A DNA stretch of 64,000 bases from Pirellulales bacterium (GCA_963733035.1 CAVTBU010000005.1:1696001-1760000), one strand, 5' to 3'; counted from the first letter of the stretch, positions 40,897 to 51,755 are shown. A program made the numbers and translations. Notes: generated from the sequence alone by a model not told the origin.

Positions 40897-41442
40897 TTAC
40901 TTCGGTCGGTCGTCGACTTCGCCGGACTCGTCCGCCGCGACGGCATGCAATCTAACGTGCGATGCCTGCGTTTGACGCAGCAAGTGTTCGGCTCGTTCGA
41001 CCTCGGGTGGTTCCCCCGTGACGACCACCAGGATCTTGCCGGCGTCGACCTGCTGCTCATACTCGCGGATGTGCTGATCGTGGATGCCCCAACCGCGCAT
41101 CGCGCCCAGAAACGCTCCCACGATGGCACCGGTAATCGCCACCAGTGGCCCGGTCATCAAAATCAAACCGATGCCCGTCACGGAGATGAGCGCCGCCGCG
41201 CCGACGGCACCCACGGCCCCGCCGACGGCACCGCCGATGGCGGCATCGTGCAACGAATCGTCGCCGAGTTTCAGTTCATCGCCCACGGCGCCGCTGGGAT
41301 TGAAATGCCTGCGGACCACGGATGTATGCGCCGGTCCAAAACCCGCGCTATGCAAAATCCGCACAGCAGTTTCCGCGGTCTCTGAGCCTTCATAAACTCC
41401 CACTACACACTGATTTGACGTTGCGTGTGGCTGTGCACCCAT
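40897..41442 (-). CDS. General stress protein-like membrane protein with glycine zipper
   Basis: VVGVY..AETAVRIL, GGAVGGAVGAVG, YEQQVDAGKILVVV; GGGAGGA RBS. Confidence 0.75.
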   Translation of the reverse strand: MGAQPHATSNQCVVGVYEGSETAETAVRILHSAGFGPAHTSVVRRHFNPSGAVGDELKLGDDSLHDAAIGGAVGGAVGAVGAAALISVTGIGLILMTGPLVAITGAIVGAFLGAMRGWGIHDQHIREYEQQVDAGKILVVVTGEPPEVERAEHLLRQTQASHVRLHAVAADESGEVDDRPK

Positions 41443-41594
41443 ATACGGTTCCTCCCTTGCTTTGAACGAATGGCAGCAGACTGCAAACGTCGTACCGTCA
41501 ATCCACCGTTGGCCAGTTGATCGCTGCCACAACGCACCGCATACTGGCCAACGGGCGGTTCCTTTTCGCTTGGTCGGCTGATACGGAGGCGGCG

Positions 41595-43223
41595 GTGTTT
41601 CGTTCTTTTACTTGTGGAATGTTCGTGCTTGCCGGGCTGTTGGCAAGTCGCTTTGTTGCAATCAGCCAGGCCGCTCCCGCAGCGAGCCGACCCAACGTGG
41701 TCGTTATTCTAGCCGATGATCTCGGGTTTTCCGACCTAGGTTGCTACGGTGGCGAAATTGCCACGCCCAATCTGGATCGCCTGGCGGCCGATGGCTTGCG
41801 GTTTACGCAATTCTACAACACGGCCCGCTGTTGGCCCTCACGTGCCGCGCTGCTGACGGGCTATTACGCTCAGCAGGTGCGCCGCGACACGTTGCCGGGC
41901 ATCAAATCGGGAGGGCGGGGTCAGCGTCCGGCATGGGCGCCGCTACTACCGGCAATGCTCGGCCCGCTCGGGTACCGCTCATATCACTCCGGCAAATGGC
42001 ACGTCGATGGCCAGATTCTGCCCAGTGGTTTTCATCACTCGTATTCTTTGGAAGACCATAATCGATTTTTCAAACCGCAACGACATACCAAGGACGATAG
42101 GCCGCTACCTCCGGTCGATCGAGACGACTATTACGCGGCCACGGCCATCGCGGATCATGCGGTGCAGTGTCTTCGCGAGCACGCCACCCAGCACGCTGGT
42201 GAACCGTTTTTCTCGTACGTGGCATTCACGTCGCCACACTTCCCGCTGCAGGCACCGCAAGAGGACATCGACCGCTACCGCGAGCGGTATCGAGTCGGCT
42301 GGAACGTCATCCAACAGGCGCGCGGCCGCAGGCTCAAGGAGTTGGGCATCGTCGAACACGCTCCACCTCCAATGGAACGCGAGGTCGGTCCCCCGTACGA
42401 CTTTCCCGAGGATCGCAAGAAACTGGGGCCCGGCGAAATTGCGCGGCCCCTTCCCTGGAACGAACTGACCGACGAGCAACGCTCGTTCCAGGCCGAAAAG
42501 ATGGCGATCCATGCCGCGATGGTCGATCGCATGGATCAGGAGATCGGACGCGTCATTGCACAATTAAAAAAGATGGGCCAGTTTGAAAACACGTTGATCC
42601 TGTTTGCCAGCGACAACGGTGCGAGCGCGGAAATCATGGTCCGCGGTGACGGGCACGATGCAAGCGCACTGCCCGGCTCGGGGGCCACGTTTTTGTGTTT
42701 GGGGCCCGGCTGGTCAAGCGCGGCGAACACGCCGTTTCGCCGCCACAAGACCTGGGTACACGAAGGAGGCATTTCAACGCCGCTGATTGCGCATTGGCCG
42801 CAGGGCATCAAGGCGCAGGGTGAGTTGCGGCACGATCCGGCCCACCTCGTCGACGTCGTTCCCACCGTGCTCGAGTTGGCCGGCGGAACCAAACCCAAAG
42901 AGTGGCACGGTGTGCCTGTTCCGGCTGCTCCCGGTAAGAGCCTGGTGGCCGAGTTCAAACGCGATGGCGCCGTTCGACACGACGACCTGTGGTGGCTGCA
43001 CGAAGGCAACCGAGCCCTCCGGGTGGGCGACTGGAAAATCGTCGCCGCCGGCCAGGATTCGCCGTGGGAACTCTACAACCTGGCCAACGACCGTGGCGAG
43101 ATGCACGACCTGGCGACTGCGATGCCGGACAAGGTCAGCGAACTTTCGCGGATCTGGGAGCAGCAATATGAGGAGGTTCGCAAGTTGGCGACCTCCGACG
43201 CGGGCGCGGCCAGCGACAAGTGA
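41595..43223 (+). CDS. Arylsulfatase (formylglycine-dependent)
   Basis: PNVVVILADDLG, CWPSRAALLTG (CxPxR), GKWH, SDNG; GGAGG RBS before GTG 41595. Confidence 0.95.
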   Translation: MFRSFTCGMFVLAGLLASRFVAISQAAPAASRPNVVVILADDLGFSDLGCYGGEIATPNLDRLAADGLRFTQFYNTARCWPSRAALLTGYYAQQVRRDTLPGIKSGGRGQRPAWAPLLPAMLGPLGYRSYHSGKWHVDGQILPSGFHHSYSLEDHNRFFKPQRHTKDDRPLPPVDRDDYYAATAIADHAVQCLREHATQHAGEPFFSYVAFTSPHFPLQAPQEDIDRYRERYRVGWNVIQQARGRRLKELGIVEHAPPPMEREVGPPYDFPEDRKKLGPGEIARPLPWNELTDEQRSFQAEKMAIHAAMVDRMDQEIGRVIAQLKKMGQFENTLILFASDNGASAEIMVRGDGHDASALPGSGATFLCLGPGWSSAANTPFRRHKTWVHEGGISTPLIAHWPQGIKAQGELRHDPAHLVDVVPTVLELAGGTKPKEWHGVPVPAAPGKSLVAEFKRDGAVRHDDLWWLHEGNRALRVGDWKIVAAGQDSPWELYNLANDRGEMHDLATAMPDKVSELSRIWEQQYEEVRKLATSDAGAASDK

Positions 43224-43378
43224 GTGCGCGGCTGAGACGGTTTATCGAGCGGCACTGGCGAAGTTCGGTTCGGACGGAACTCGCTCACGAATACCACGAG
43301 CGCGACCAAAGCAAAGGGGCGGAGGTCGCGCGACCTCCGGCCCCAAGTTTGCGTCTCGCCGGCGAATCAGGTTCGCCG

Positions 43379-44398
43379 TTAGCTGACCGACCAGGTTTCG
43401 CCGCTTTCGAACAGCGCCTTGAGGTCGCCCTTACTACGCTGTTTGGCCGCTTCAACCTGAGCGCTTAGCACTTCTTCGTAGCGAGGCTTGTCGATGTCGC
43501 GAAATACGCCGATCGGCTCGGGGAACTCGGGATGCGACATCCGGCTGAGCAGGTAGGCCAAGGTCGGCTCGGCGGCCTTCTCGTCGTGGAACAGCAAATC
43601 GTCCTCGCTGATGCCCTTGCCCAGTTCGACCACCTCAGGCGACATGCCGTTGAGCCGGATGCCCTTATCGCGATTCTTGCCGAAGATGAGCGGCTTGCCG
43701 TGTTCCAGTTCGAGCGTGCGTTCCGCTTTTACGTCGCGGCCGGTGACGTACTCGAAAGCGCCATCGTTGAAGACGTTGCAGTTCTGATAGACCTCGACAA
43801 ATGAAGTGCCCACGTGCTCCGCGGCTCGCTTGAGCGTGGCGGCCAGGTGCTTGATGTTAATGTCAATCGAGCGAGCGACGAATGTGGCCTCGCAGCCAAT
43901 GGCCACCGAGAGCGGATGCAGCGGATTGTCGATCGCGCCGGCGGGCGTGCTCTTGGTAACCTGGCCCAGCACCGAGGTGGGCGAATACTGACCCTTGGTG
44001 AGCCCGTAGATGCGGTTATTGAACAACACAATGTTGATGTTCAGGTTGCGGCGGATGGCGTGCATCAGGTGGTTGCCGCCGATCGACAGTGCGTCGCCGT
44101 CGCCGGTGATGACCCACACCGACAGGTCGGGACGGGAGATCTTGACGCCCGACGCCACGGCCGGCGCGCGACCGTGAATCGAGTGCATGCCGTACGTGTT
44201 CACGTAGTATGGAAAGCGGCTCGAACAACCAATGCCCGAGATGAACACGGTTTGCTCGGGCGGAATGCCCAGCGTCGGCAGCACCTTCTTCATCTGAGCC
44301 AGAATCGAATAATCACCACATCCGGGACACCAACGCACCTCCTGGTCGCTGGCAAAATCGCCGGGTGTTAACACGGGCAACGCGGTTTCAGTGCTCAT
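43379..44398 (-). CDS. korB: 2-oxoacid:ferredoxin oxidoreductase beta subunit
   Basis: WCPGCGD, SGIGCSS, HGRA, GDGD, YGLTKGQYSPT. Confidence 0.93.
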   Translation of the reverse strand: MSTETALPVLTPGDFASDQEVRWCPGCGDYSILAQMKKVLPTLGIPPEQTVFISGIGCSSRFPYYVNTYGMHSIHGRAPAVASGVKISRPDLSVWVITGDGDALSIGGNHLMHAIRRNLNINIVLFNNRIYGLTKGQYSPTSVLGQVTKSTPAGAIDNPLHPLSVAIGCEATFVARSIDINIKHLAATLKRAAEHVGTSFVEVYQNCNVFNDGAFEYVTGRDVKAERTLELEHGKPLIFGKNRDKGIRLNGMSPEVVELGKGISEDDLLFHDEKAAEPTLAYLLSRMSHPEFPEPIGVFRDIDKPRYEEVLSAQVEAAKQRSKGDLKALFESGETWSVS

Positions 44399-44499
44399 TT
44401 CACTCCCAAGTGCCACTGATGGGCGGTTGGTGATGCTTGCAATCGGTTTCGGTGTTTAAAGGCAAGTCCGGACGCCCCTGCGTCCGCCGGCTTGCGGTG

Positions 44500-46353
44500 C
44501 TAGTTCTTCAAGACCGCTTCGATCTTCTCCACGATTTCGCGGATCGCGAACGGCTTACCCTGGATCTTGTTCAGGCCGATGGCGTCGACCAGGAACTCGG
44601 CCCGCAGCAGCATTCGCAACTGCCCCCGGTTCAACTCGGGCACGAGCACTTTGTCGAAGCGCTGGATAATCTCCCCCAAGTTCGCAGGGAACGGATTGAG
44701 GTACCGCAAATGCACGTGCGAGACGTCAGCTCCGCGATTGCGGGCTTGCCGCACGCCCGTGGCGCAGGCGCCATAGGTACCTCCCCAACTGATGACAAGG
44801 AGCTTGCCACTGGCCGGACCGTCGACCTCTTGTGGCGGAATCTCATCCGCCACGAGCGCAACTTTCTTGGCCCGCAGATTGACCATGTGTTCGTGGTTGG
44901 CCGGCTCGTAATTGACGTTGCCGGTGATGTCTTGTTTCTCCAGGCCGCCCAGGCGGTGCATCAAACCGGGTGTTCCGGGCACGGCCCAGGGGCGTGCCAG
45001 ATGCTCGTCGCGGGCATATGGCAGGAATGGTTCGCCGTTGTCTCGAGCCTGAGGATGCTTAATGGTGAACTGCGGCAGTGCATCGACGTCGGGCACCTTC
45101 CAGGGCTCGGCGCCGTTGGCAATGTAACCGTCGGTCAGCAGGATAACGGGCGTCATGTAGCGGACGGCAATGCGCCAGGCGTCGAACGCGGCGTAGAAGC
45201 AGTCGGCCGGACTCTGGGCGGCGATCACCGGCAACGGACACTCGCCGTTGCGGCCAAACATGGCCTGCATCAGATCCGCCTGCTCGGTCTTGGTTGGCAG
45301 CCCCGTGCTGGGACCGCCGCGCTGCACGTTGATGACGACCAGCGGCAGCTCGGTCATCACGGCCAGACCGATGGCTTCGGTCTTCAGCGCGATACCCGGC
45401 CCGCTCGACGCGGTGACACCCATCGCGCCGGCGAACGCGGCCCCAATGGCGGATGAAACGGCTGCGATCTCGTCTTCGGCTTGAAACGTGCGGACGCCAA
45501 AGTTTTTGTGTCGTACCAACTCGTGCAAGATGTCGCTGGCGGGCGTGATCGGGTAGCTGCCAAAGAAGATTTCGGCGCCGCTGCGCTGGGCGGCAGCAAC
45601 CAGGCCCCAGGCCAAGGCCTGGTTGCCGGTGATGTTGCGATACAGGCCTGGCTCGAGGCTGGCCTTGTTGACCTTATACTGGCTGGCCATGGCGTCAGTC
45701 GTTTCGCCATAGTTGTAGCCGGCGTGCAGGGCTCGCCGGTTGGCCTCGGCCACGGCCGGCATCTTGCCAAACTTGGCGTCAATGTAGCGAAGCGTCGGCT
45801 CAAGCGAACGGTCGTAGAGCCAGAACACCAGGCCCATTGCATAGAAGTTGCGGCAGCGGTCGCTTTCCTTCTGGCCGAGCCCCAGCCCGTCGACGGCCAG
45901 CCGTGTCAGCTTGGTCATTTCGACCGAAAAAAGCTGGTAACCATCGAGGCTGCCGTCCTCCAAGGGGTTCGAGGTGTAGCCAGCCTGGCCCATCCCCTTC
46001 TCGTCGAAGGCATCTTTGTTGACGATCAGAATGCCGCCAGCAACCAGATCAACCAGGTTCGTGGTCAGCGCCGCGGGATTCATCGCGACCAAGGCGTCTA
46101 CCTGGTCGCCCGGCGTGAAAATTTCCGTGCTCGCAAAGCGAATCTGGAAACCACTAACGCCGGCCTTGGTGCCACGGGGAGCGCGAATCTCGGCGGGAAA
46201 GTCGGGGAAGGTGGCAATGTCGTTGCCGGCCAGCGCAGAGGTATTGGTCAGCTGCGTGCCGGCCAACTGCATGCCGTCGCCAGAGTCGCCGCAAAAACGT
46301 ACCGTCGCGGCATCCAGCTCGACGAGTGGCTTAGATCGGGTTGTGGTGGCCAT
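44500..46353 (-). CDS. korA: 2-oxoacid:ferredoxin oxidoreductase alpha subunit
   Basis: GDSGDGMQ, YPITPAS, QAEDEIAA, QRGGPSTGLPT, ELNRGQL. Confidence 0.93.
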   Translation of the reverse strand: MATTTRSKPLVELDAATVRFCGDSGDGMQLAGTQLTNTSALAGNDIATFPDFPAEIRAPRGTKAGVSGFQIRFASTEIFTPGDQVDALVAMNPAALTTNLVDLVAGGILIVNKDAFDEKGMGQAGYTSNPLEDGSLDGYQLFSVEMTKLTRLAVDGLGLGQKESDRCRNFYAMGLVFWLYDRSLEPTLRYIDAKFGKMPAVAEANRRALHAGYNYGETTDAMASQYKVNKASLEPGLYRNITGNQALAWGLVAAAQRSGAEIFFGSYPITPASDILHELVRHKNFGVRTFQAEDEIAAVSSAIGAAFAGAMGVTASSGPGIALKTEAIGLAVMTELPLVVINVQRGGPSTGLPTKTEQADLMQAMFGRNGECPLPVIAAQSPADCFYAAFDAWRIAVRYMTPVILLTDGYIANGAEPWKVPDVDALPQFTIKHPQARDNGEPFLPYARDEHLARPWAVPGTPGLMHRLGGLEKQDITGNVNYEPANHEHMVNLRAKKVALVADEIPPQEVDGPASGKLLVISWGGTYGACATGVRQARNRGADVSHVHLRYLNPFPANLGEIIQRFDKVLVPELNRGQLRMLLRAEFLVDAIGLNKIQGKPFAIREIVEKIEAVLKN

Positions 46354-46530
46354 TGGGGTCCTGGAGTCCTCTCGGTATCAAAAGACGGCGGCGCGAAGTC
46401 GAGGGCACCGCAAATCGAAAGTTCGCATGCGAGTCGTGCACGGCGTCGGAATCGCTCAAGGCAGGTTCTGTTCCAGCGAGCATCGAATCATTGTCCAGTC
46501 GGTGTCTTCGGCCGTAGGCGCGCAAGCTCA

Positions 46531-46558
46531 ATTCTTGAAGTGGCTCCACTTCAAGAAT
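46531..46558. repeat. 13-bp perfect inverted repeat upstream of korA
   Basis: ATTCTTGAAGTGG-CT-CCACTTCAAGAAT. Confidence 0.9.
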
Positions 46559-46869
46559 GACCGACACGCCCCATCATGTGCGATGCGAGACTGCCCGTCA
46601 GAACGCCGTTGATGCCACTGCCGGCTGGCGAATGGCCAGTTGGCACAGCGACCATCGACGCTTGTTTGACTGCGACCATGCCAAAAGCTGGCGACCGAGC
46701 GCAGACACGAGGAAGGACCCGAATCCGGGAGGAGGTATGACGATCGACGCCAGCGTTGGGGTTCCGTCTTCACGGCCCGCCCCCTTGACGCCAGCACACG
46801 TGGGAGCTCAAGGTTCACCGCACGCCTTAGCAAAGCATTAAGAGCTCGGTTTACCGATACACTTTATTA

Positions 46870-46898
46870 AATGTACCACCGCCGCCGGGACCCGGCAA
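46870..46898 (-). promoter_or_regulatory. Sigma70-type promoter facing korAB
   Basis: Minus strand TTGCCG-17 nt-TACATT with extended -10 TG, in an AT-rich patch. Confidence 0.55.
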
Positions 46899-47079
46899 GC
46901 ACAGCAGCTTTCCTTCTCGTAAGAATCGAAAGACCCCGTAAAACACCGTGATTTGTCAGGCCTGCTGGCCAGGTCGACCGGCCGCAACGACGCGCGCATC
47001 CGCGGACAGGTCCGCGACCTAAGTCGTTAATTTCGCGATTTTCCTCGCGGTACTTCGAGCCGCGCAGCGAAACCGCCGG

Positions 47080-47934
47080 CTAGGGGTTCGTCGTGGGGGG
47101 CTCGGGACGCCGCGGGTCGACGTAGTACTGCGTCAGATCGATGCCCCCCTTGAGTTCTTCCTCTGCTAGCTTGAGCCGCGACTCGAGTTTCTCGATACGG
47201 CGCAACAGCTGCATCAGCAGGTTCGGACCTTCATCCACCTGGACGGGCCGCGGCACCTCCGGATAGCCCAGGTGGCGATGCAGCGCGCCGAACAACAATA
47301 GCGGATCCTTGCCGCGGTTGGCCAGCGCGATCCGCCCTTCGCCTTCGCCAAATAGCACGGGTTGCTCGTGCGGCGGCACACCGTCGGCCGCACCGGCCAT
47401 TTGACGACGGAAGTAGTGTTCGCTACGCACATAGATCAGATCGGCAAAATCGACCAGACCGATTTGGTGTCGTACGATGCCGATCCACTGGCGCCAGGCG
47501 GCATCGAATACCACGTCGCCGGCAATCGCTTGCAGGCCGCGGTCATAGCCCAGGCGATTCCGCGCCAGCGATTCAAACTCGTACAGAAAAATGCCCTGGG
47601 CCGAAGCGCCGCGGGCTCGATACTCGGCTTCGCGGGCGAGGATATTCAGGGCCAGGATCATATCAAAACGGCCGCGGTCATTTTCCGCTTCGCCGACAAC
47701 GAACGTCTGGAACGGCGTGAAATAGTGCGGCAACTTGCTCATTGCCGTGTGAAACACGCCGTTGAGCTTGAGCTCGCCAGCCAGGAAATCGATCGCCATC
47801 GGCAGCTTGGTCGTCGAGAGGGCCTCCTCGCGAACCATGCCCAACAGATCCTGCGTCGAAACACCCAGCGCGTTCCGTTCGGCCAGCGACTTAAAGAAAT
47901 GAGCCTGCTCGACGTACTCTTCGCGTTCTAGCAT
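47080..47934 (-). CDS. Hypothetical protein
   Basis: Long ORF with typical codon use from MLEREEYVEQ; C-terminal coiled coil. Confidence 0.75.
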   Translation of the reverse strand: MLEREEYVEQAHFFKSLAERNALGVSTQDLLGMVREEALSTTKLPMAIDFLAGELKLNGVFHTAMSKLPHYFTPFQTFVVGEAENDRGRFDMILALNILAREAEYRARGASAQGIFLYEFESLARNRLGYDRGLQAIAGDVVFDAAWRQWIGIVRHQIGLVDFADLIYVRSEHYFRRQMAGAADGVPPHEQPVLFGEGEGRIALANRGKDPLLLFGALHRHLGYPEVPRPVQVDEGPNLLMQLLRRIEKLESRLKLAEEELKGGIDLTQYYVDPRRPEPPTTNP

Positions 47935-48108
47935 GGAGAAAAGTGAACCTGGAAACTGCCTTTTGACCGTTCGATCATACCATGCCGCCGGAGGTTTGGG
48001 CGTGTGGTGGTCGCTGGATTTGAGATCCCTCAACTGGGTATACTCCAGAGGCACCGGCAACGGTAGCGGAACATTTCGAACCGGGCCAAATACAGAGGAA
48101 ACCGAGTC

Positions 48109-50260
48109 ATGCTGGGTCGACAAATCCTAGGGACGCTTGCGTGTTTGTTTGCCGTGTGCCTGGTGACGGCGGCGCCCACCGCAGGGGCCGAAAAGAAGCT
48201 CAACGTCGCCCGTTTGAAGAAGGGGGACAAGCTCGAGTACTACAACGGTCGGGAGTGGATTCCGGCTGAGTATGTCGACGAGTTCAGCTCCTTGGCGCTG
48301 CGCGTTATTCGTGAGCCGTTCAAGACACCCGTTGCCACGACCATCAGTGCACTTCGACTTCCACAAAGACGGGCCAAGGCCGCCGGCGCCCCCGCGGAAA
48401 ACCCCTTCGCCACCGAGGAAGAACGAATCGCTGACCGCAAACCCCGCACTTGGGCCGACGCCGGCGGAAAGTTTAAAGTCGAAGCCACGTTCCTGCGGGT
48501 CGACGGCGAGAACGTCGTCCTCAAACGCACGGACGAGAAGGAGATCGCCGTGCCGCTGGCTCGGCTCAGCGACACCGACCGCCAGTACGTCGAAGCGTTG
48601 GAACCGTCTGCCGTGGTCGAAGAAAGCGAAACCCCGTCGCCTGCTGGCCTGGCACACGAGAAGGAAAAGCCCGCGCCGCGCGAACTGCCGCTGACCGAAA
48701 CGAACCTGGGCGCGGCCGACGTGATGGAGCTGATCGGCGATGGTTGGACGTACCAGCCGGACCCAGTTCTCGAAGGACAGGGACTGCGCAAGGTGCGGCT
48801 GCCGCTGGCGAAAATGAACTTCTTCGAGAAGCCGCAACAGATCTTGCTGGTGCCGGCCGAGAAGCGGGCTTTCGTCGTGACCTACAAAAACTTTCAGGGG
48901 AAACAAATCGGCGTGCAAGCGTTCGACGTGCAACGCGGCACGCCCAGCGGTTCGGGCGTGTTCAGCAAGCAGGCGGCGCCGATTGCCGCATCAGCGGACG
49001 GCAATTGGATTCTTGCTCGTTCGCAGGGCGATTCCTTCGGCACGACGGCGGAGTTGCGACTCTACAAGCGGAACGGAATGAAGGTTACCCCCGAAAAAGC
49101 CTGGATTCCCTATCGCCACCACGGGCCCCTGGACGAGGGCGGCCACGAACCACACTACCCGCGCGAAGCCGAAGTGGTGTGGGCAGAGTTCCTGGGTTCT
49201 GACCGCGTGATTTCATTGAGCCGCGTGGGCGAACTGGCGGTCTGGTCGGTGGCCGATCTGAAGCCGTTCTATCAGATCAAGCTTAGCGGCGACTCCCAGC
49301 CGGCGCTGAGTCGCGGCGGAAAGTACTTGGCCGTGACCCTAACGGGAAGTGTGGCAATCTTACAAACGTCCGATGGGAAGCTGGTCGGCCAACTCCCGGC
49401 CGACGCCGCGACCGCCATGAGCGCACTGGATTTCTCGCTCGATGGACGCAAGTTGGCGCTCCGCACGCTCGGAAACCGATTGCGGGTGTGGGACCTGACC
49501 ACTCAAGAACTCGAGCGCGAGTTCTCCATTCCGGCGCATCGCGGCATGCCGCATTCGATTTCGCGATCTGGCCTGGGTCGCCGACAATTACTTGCTGAGC
49601 GGTAGACACTTGATCGACGTGAGTCACTATCGCCCCGTTGCGACATACGGAAGGCTGTCGACTTGGTTGGAACAGGGTGGGCGTGTGTGGTACGTCGAAG
49701 ACCCCGTCGGAACCGGAACGTCGACACTCACGTCCGCAATCGTTCCCTCGCAGACGATCCGCGACCAGTGGTCGAAGGTGCCGACCGACGAAACACAGCT
49801 CGTCATTCATCCCGGCGTCGAAGTCGCCCTCGAACTACAGACCAACGATGCCCATACTGCCGAGACGCGGCAGTCGCTTGTCCAGTCGCTCTCGCAGCGC
49901 GGTCTCAAGATCGTCCCGCAAAGCCCGATCAAGCTGGTGGGCACAATCGGTCCTGGAAAGACGAGCGCGATGAACTATACTTCCGTCGGCCGTTTTGGCC
50001 GTAATTCAACCGCGGTTTCCGTGCAGGGACACGTGGCAACGCTCAGCTATCAGGTGGACGGCAATACGGTCTGGGAACACACGAGGGAAACTTCGGCGCC
50101 GCATTTCATGCACTTGAAAAAAGGGGAATCAATTGCCGAGACGGCACAATCTCAGGCCAATCTCGATTCCCAGGCCTTTCTGGGGTTTTGGATTCCGGTC
50201 AACGTGCCGCGACCCAACCCGGATGTCACGGCGGCTACATCGGAATACCCCGCCAATTGA
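48109..50260 (+). CDS. Secreted SHD1-domain + WD40-like beta-propeller protein; frameshift at ~49530-49560
   Basis: Signal peptide; SHD1-like RTWADAGGKFKVEATF...VPLARLSDTDRQYV; WD-like ALDFSLDGRKLA...LRVWDL; continues RDLAWVADNYLL in the +1 frame. Confidence 0.75.
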
Positions 50261-50350
50261 GAAATCACGGCCGCACGGGGTGAATCCTGGTCGCGCGATT
50301 GCGGTTCCTAAAGGGGGACGGGGTTTCTACAAACCGACCGCATCCAGTGA

Positions 50351-50946
50351 ATGGTCATGTTGGCTGTGCGACCCACGAATTCTTGCGTCGTGCGATTTTT
50401 GGCGGCTCAACGGCAGTTGAGCCTCAGCTATCCGCATGTCGGCGCAACGCGCTGGTCTGCCGACCGGATACGTCATCGATCACCTGCGCAGAGATTGGCA
50501 GCGGGGAGCGGGCCTTTCTTGCAGCGACAGACGCCCTTCGTCGTTGGCAACATTTCGAACTCGGTTGGCTCCAGGCATGGCCCACCGCGACGCCTCTGGA
50601 AGTCGGCTCGGCAATTGCCGTCATCGCTCGCGTGTTTGGAATCTCGTGGCTGAACGCCTGCCGAATCGTGTACGTCGTCGATGAGGACGGGCCGGTGCGA
50701 AGGTTCGGTTTTGCCTATGGGACGTTGCCTGGTCATGCCGAATGCGGCGAGGAGCGGTTTCTTGTCGAGTGGGACCGCACAAGCAATCAGGTGTGGTACG
50801 ACATTTTGGCGTTTTCGCGCCGAAGGCACCGTCTGGCAAAACTCGGTTATCTCGCCGTTCGTCGCTTGCAAAAGCGTTTCGCTCGCGACTCGGTAGTGGC
50901 GATGCAGAATGCCGTGGCTGCCGCACCGACCACGGTATCAACCTAG
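50351..50946 (+). CDS. DUF1990 family protein; two frameshifts (~50450, ~50487)
   Basis: SYPHVGAT, LPTGYVIDH, IGSGERAF, CRIVYV, FGFAYGTLPGHAECGEERF spread over three frames. Confidence 0.82.
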
Positions 50947-51755
50947 GTGCGACTTGCCGACTCGTCAAGTTCTCGCCGCAGGCGGTTGTATTGCGTGCGA
51001 ACTTCTTGGGGGCCGTACTTCCGTTCGAGCTGCCGGACCGTGAAATGACCGCGGGCCATATCCTGGAAGTGGTTGATGAACACCAGGTTGACCGCTGCCC
51101 CGCCGGCTGCTCCCAGGGCAGGAACCGATTGGGCGGCGAACTTGGCCGACACCGGAATGTGGAATCGGGCTGCGATTTTGGCGATCAACTGCACGATTGC
51201 CGGCGCGCCTTCCTCGGCCAGACCCCGCTCGGCCAGATACTTGGCCGCTTCGGAAACCGAGCGGGCGAGCATCGTCCGCGTGGCATAGTAGCTCGTTTCG
51301 GATGCATCGTCCGTTTGCGAGCGGCTCCCAAGAGCAAATACCTCGAGGCAAGCCAATTGGCACTCCGGCGAACGAATGTTTTCTCCGTGAGCCCGGGCAA
51401 TATCGGCCACCGAACGGAGGATGAGCGTGGTGGAAACCGGGAGCTCGATTGCCAGGGCCGGCAAGCCAAACGCTCCGCCCGCGGCACCGCTCAACGTCGC
51501 CATCGCCTTGTGCATCCGGTTGGAAGGCCGCAGTCCGCGCTCGGCATTCATTGTTGAAACAGCGCCCCGCAGTGCCGTCCGCAGCGCCTTTTCGGTCGCT
51601 TCTCCGATCCGTTGGGAGACGTCGCGTGGCAATTTGCTCAGCGCGTACTCGACCGGAGCGCCGACGACGTTCGCAATTTGTACGGCAAGACCGGGATTTT
51701 CCAGCGTCGTGACGGCATCGGCCAAGGCATCGAGGTCTTCGGGAGAGAACATCAT
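50943..51755 (-). CDS. EcsC family protein
   Basis: GAAGGAFGLPALAIELPVSTTLILRSVADIA, CLEVFALG, AQSVPALGA, ARGHFTVRQLE. Confidence 0.85.
   Translation of the reverse strand: MMFSPEDLDALADAVTTLENPGLAVQIANVVGAPVEYALSKLPRDVSQRIGEATEKALRTALRGAVSTMNAERGLRPSNRMHKAMATLSGAAGGAFGLPALAIELPVSTTLILRSVADIARAHGENIRSPECQLACLEVFALGSRSQTDDASETSYYATRTMLARSVSEAAKYLAERGLAEEGAPAIVQLIAKIAARFHIPVSAKFAAQSVPALGAAGGAAVNLVFINHFQDMARGHFTVRQLERKYGPQEVRTQYNRLRRELDESASRT

Noticed and set aside
47020..47032. TAAGTC/GACTTA intergenic motif (also 9852, 17641), IHF-like
   Set aside because: The hexamer is expected many times by chance and also occurs in coding DNA; not supportable from this window alone
46354..47079. tmRNA, RNase P RNA or SRP RNA in the long intergenic gap
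   Set aside because: No tRNA-like ends, no GAGGAAAGTCC motif, no SRP tetraloop domain; kept only as an unknown leader candidate
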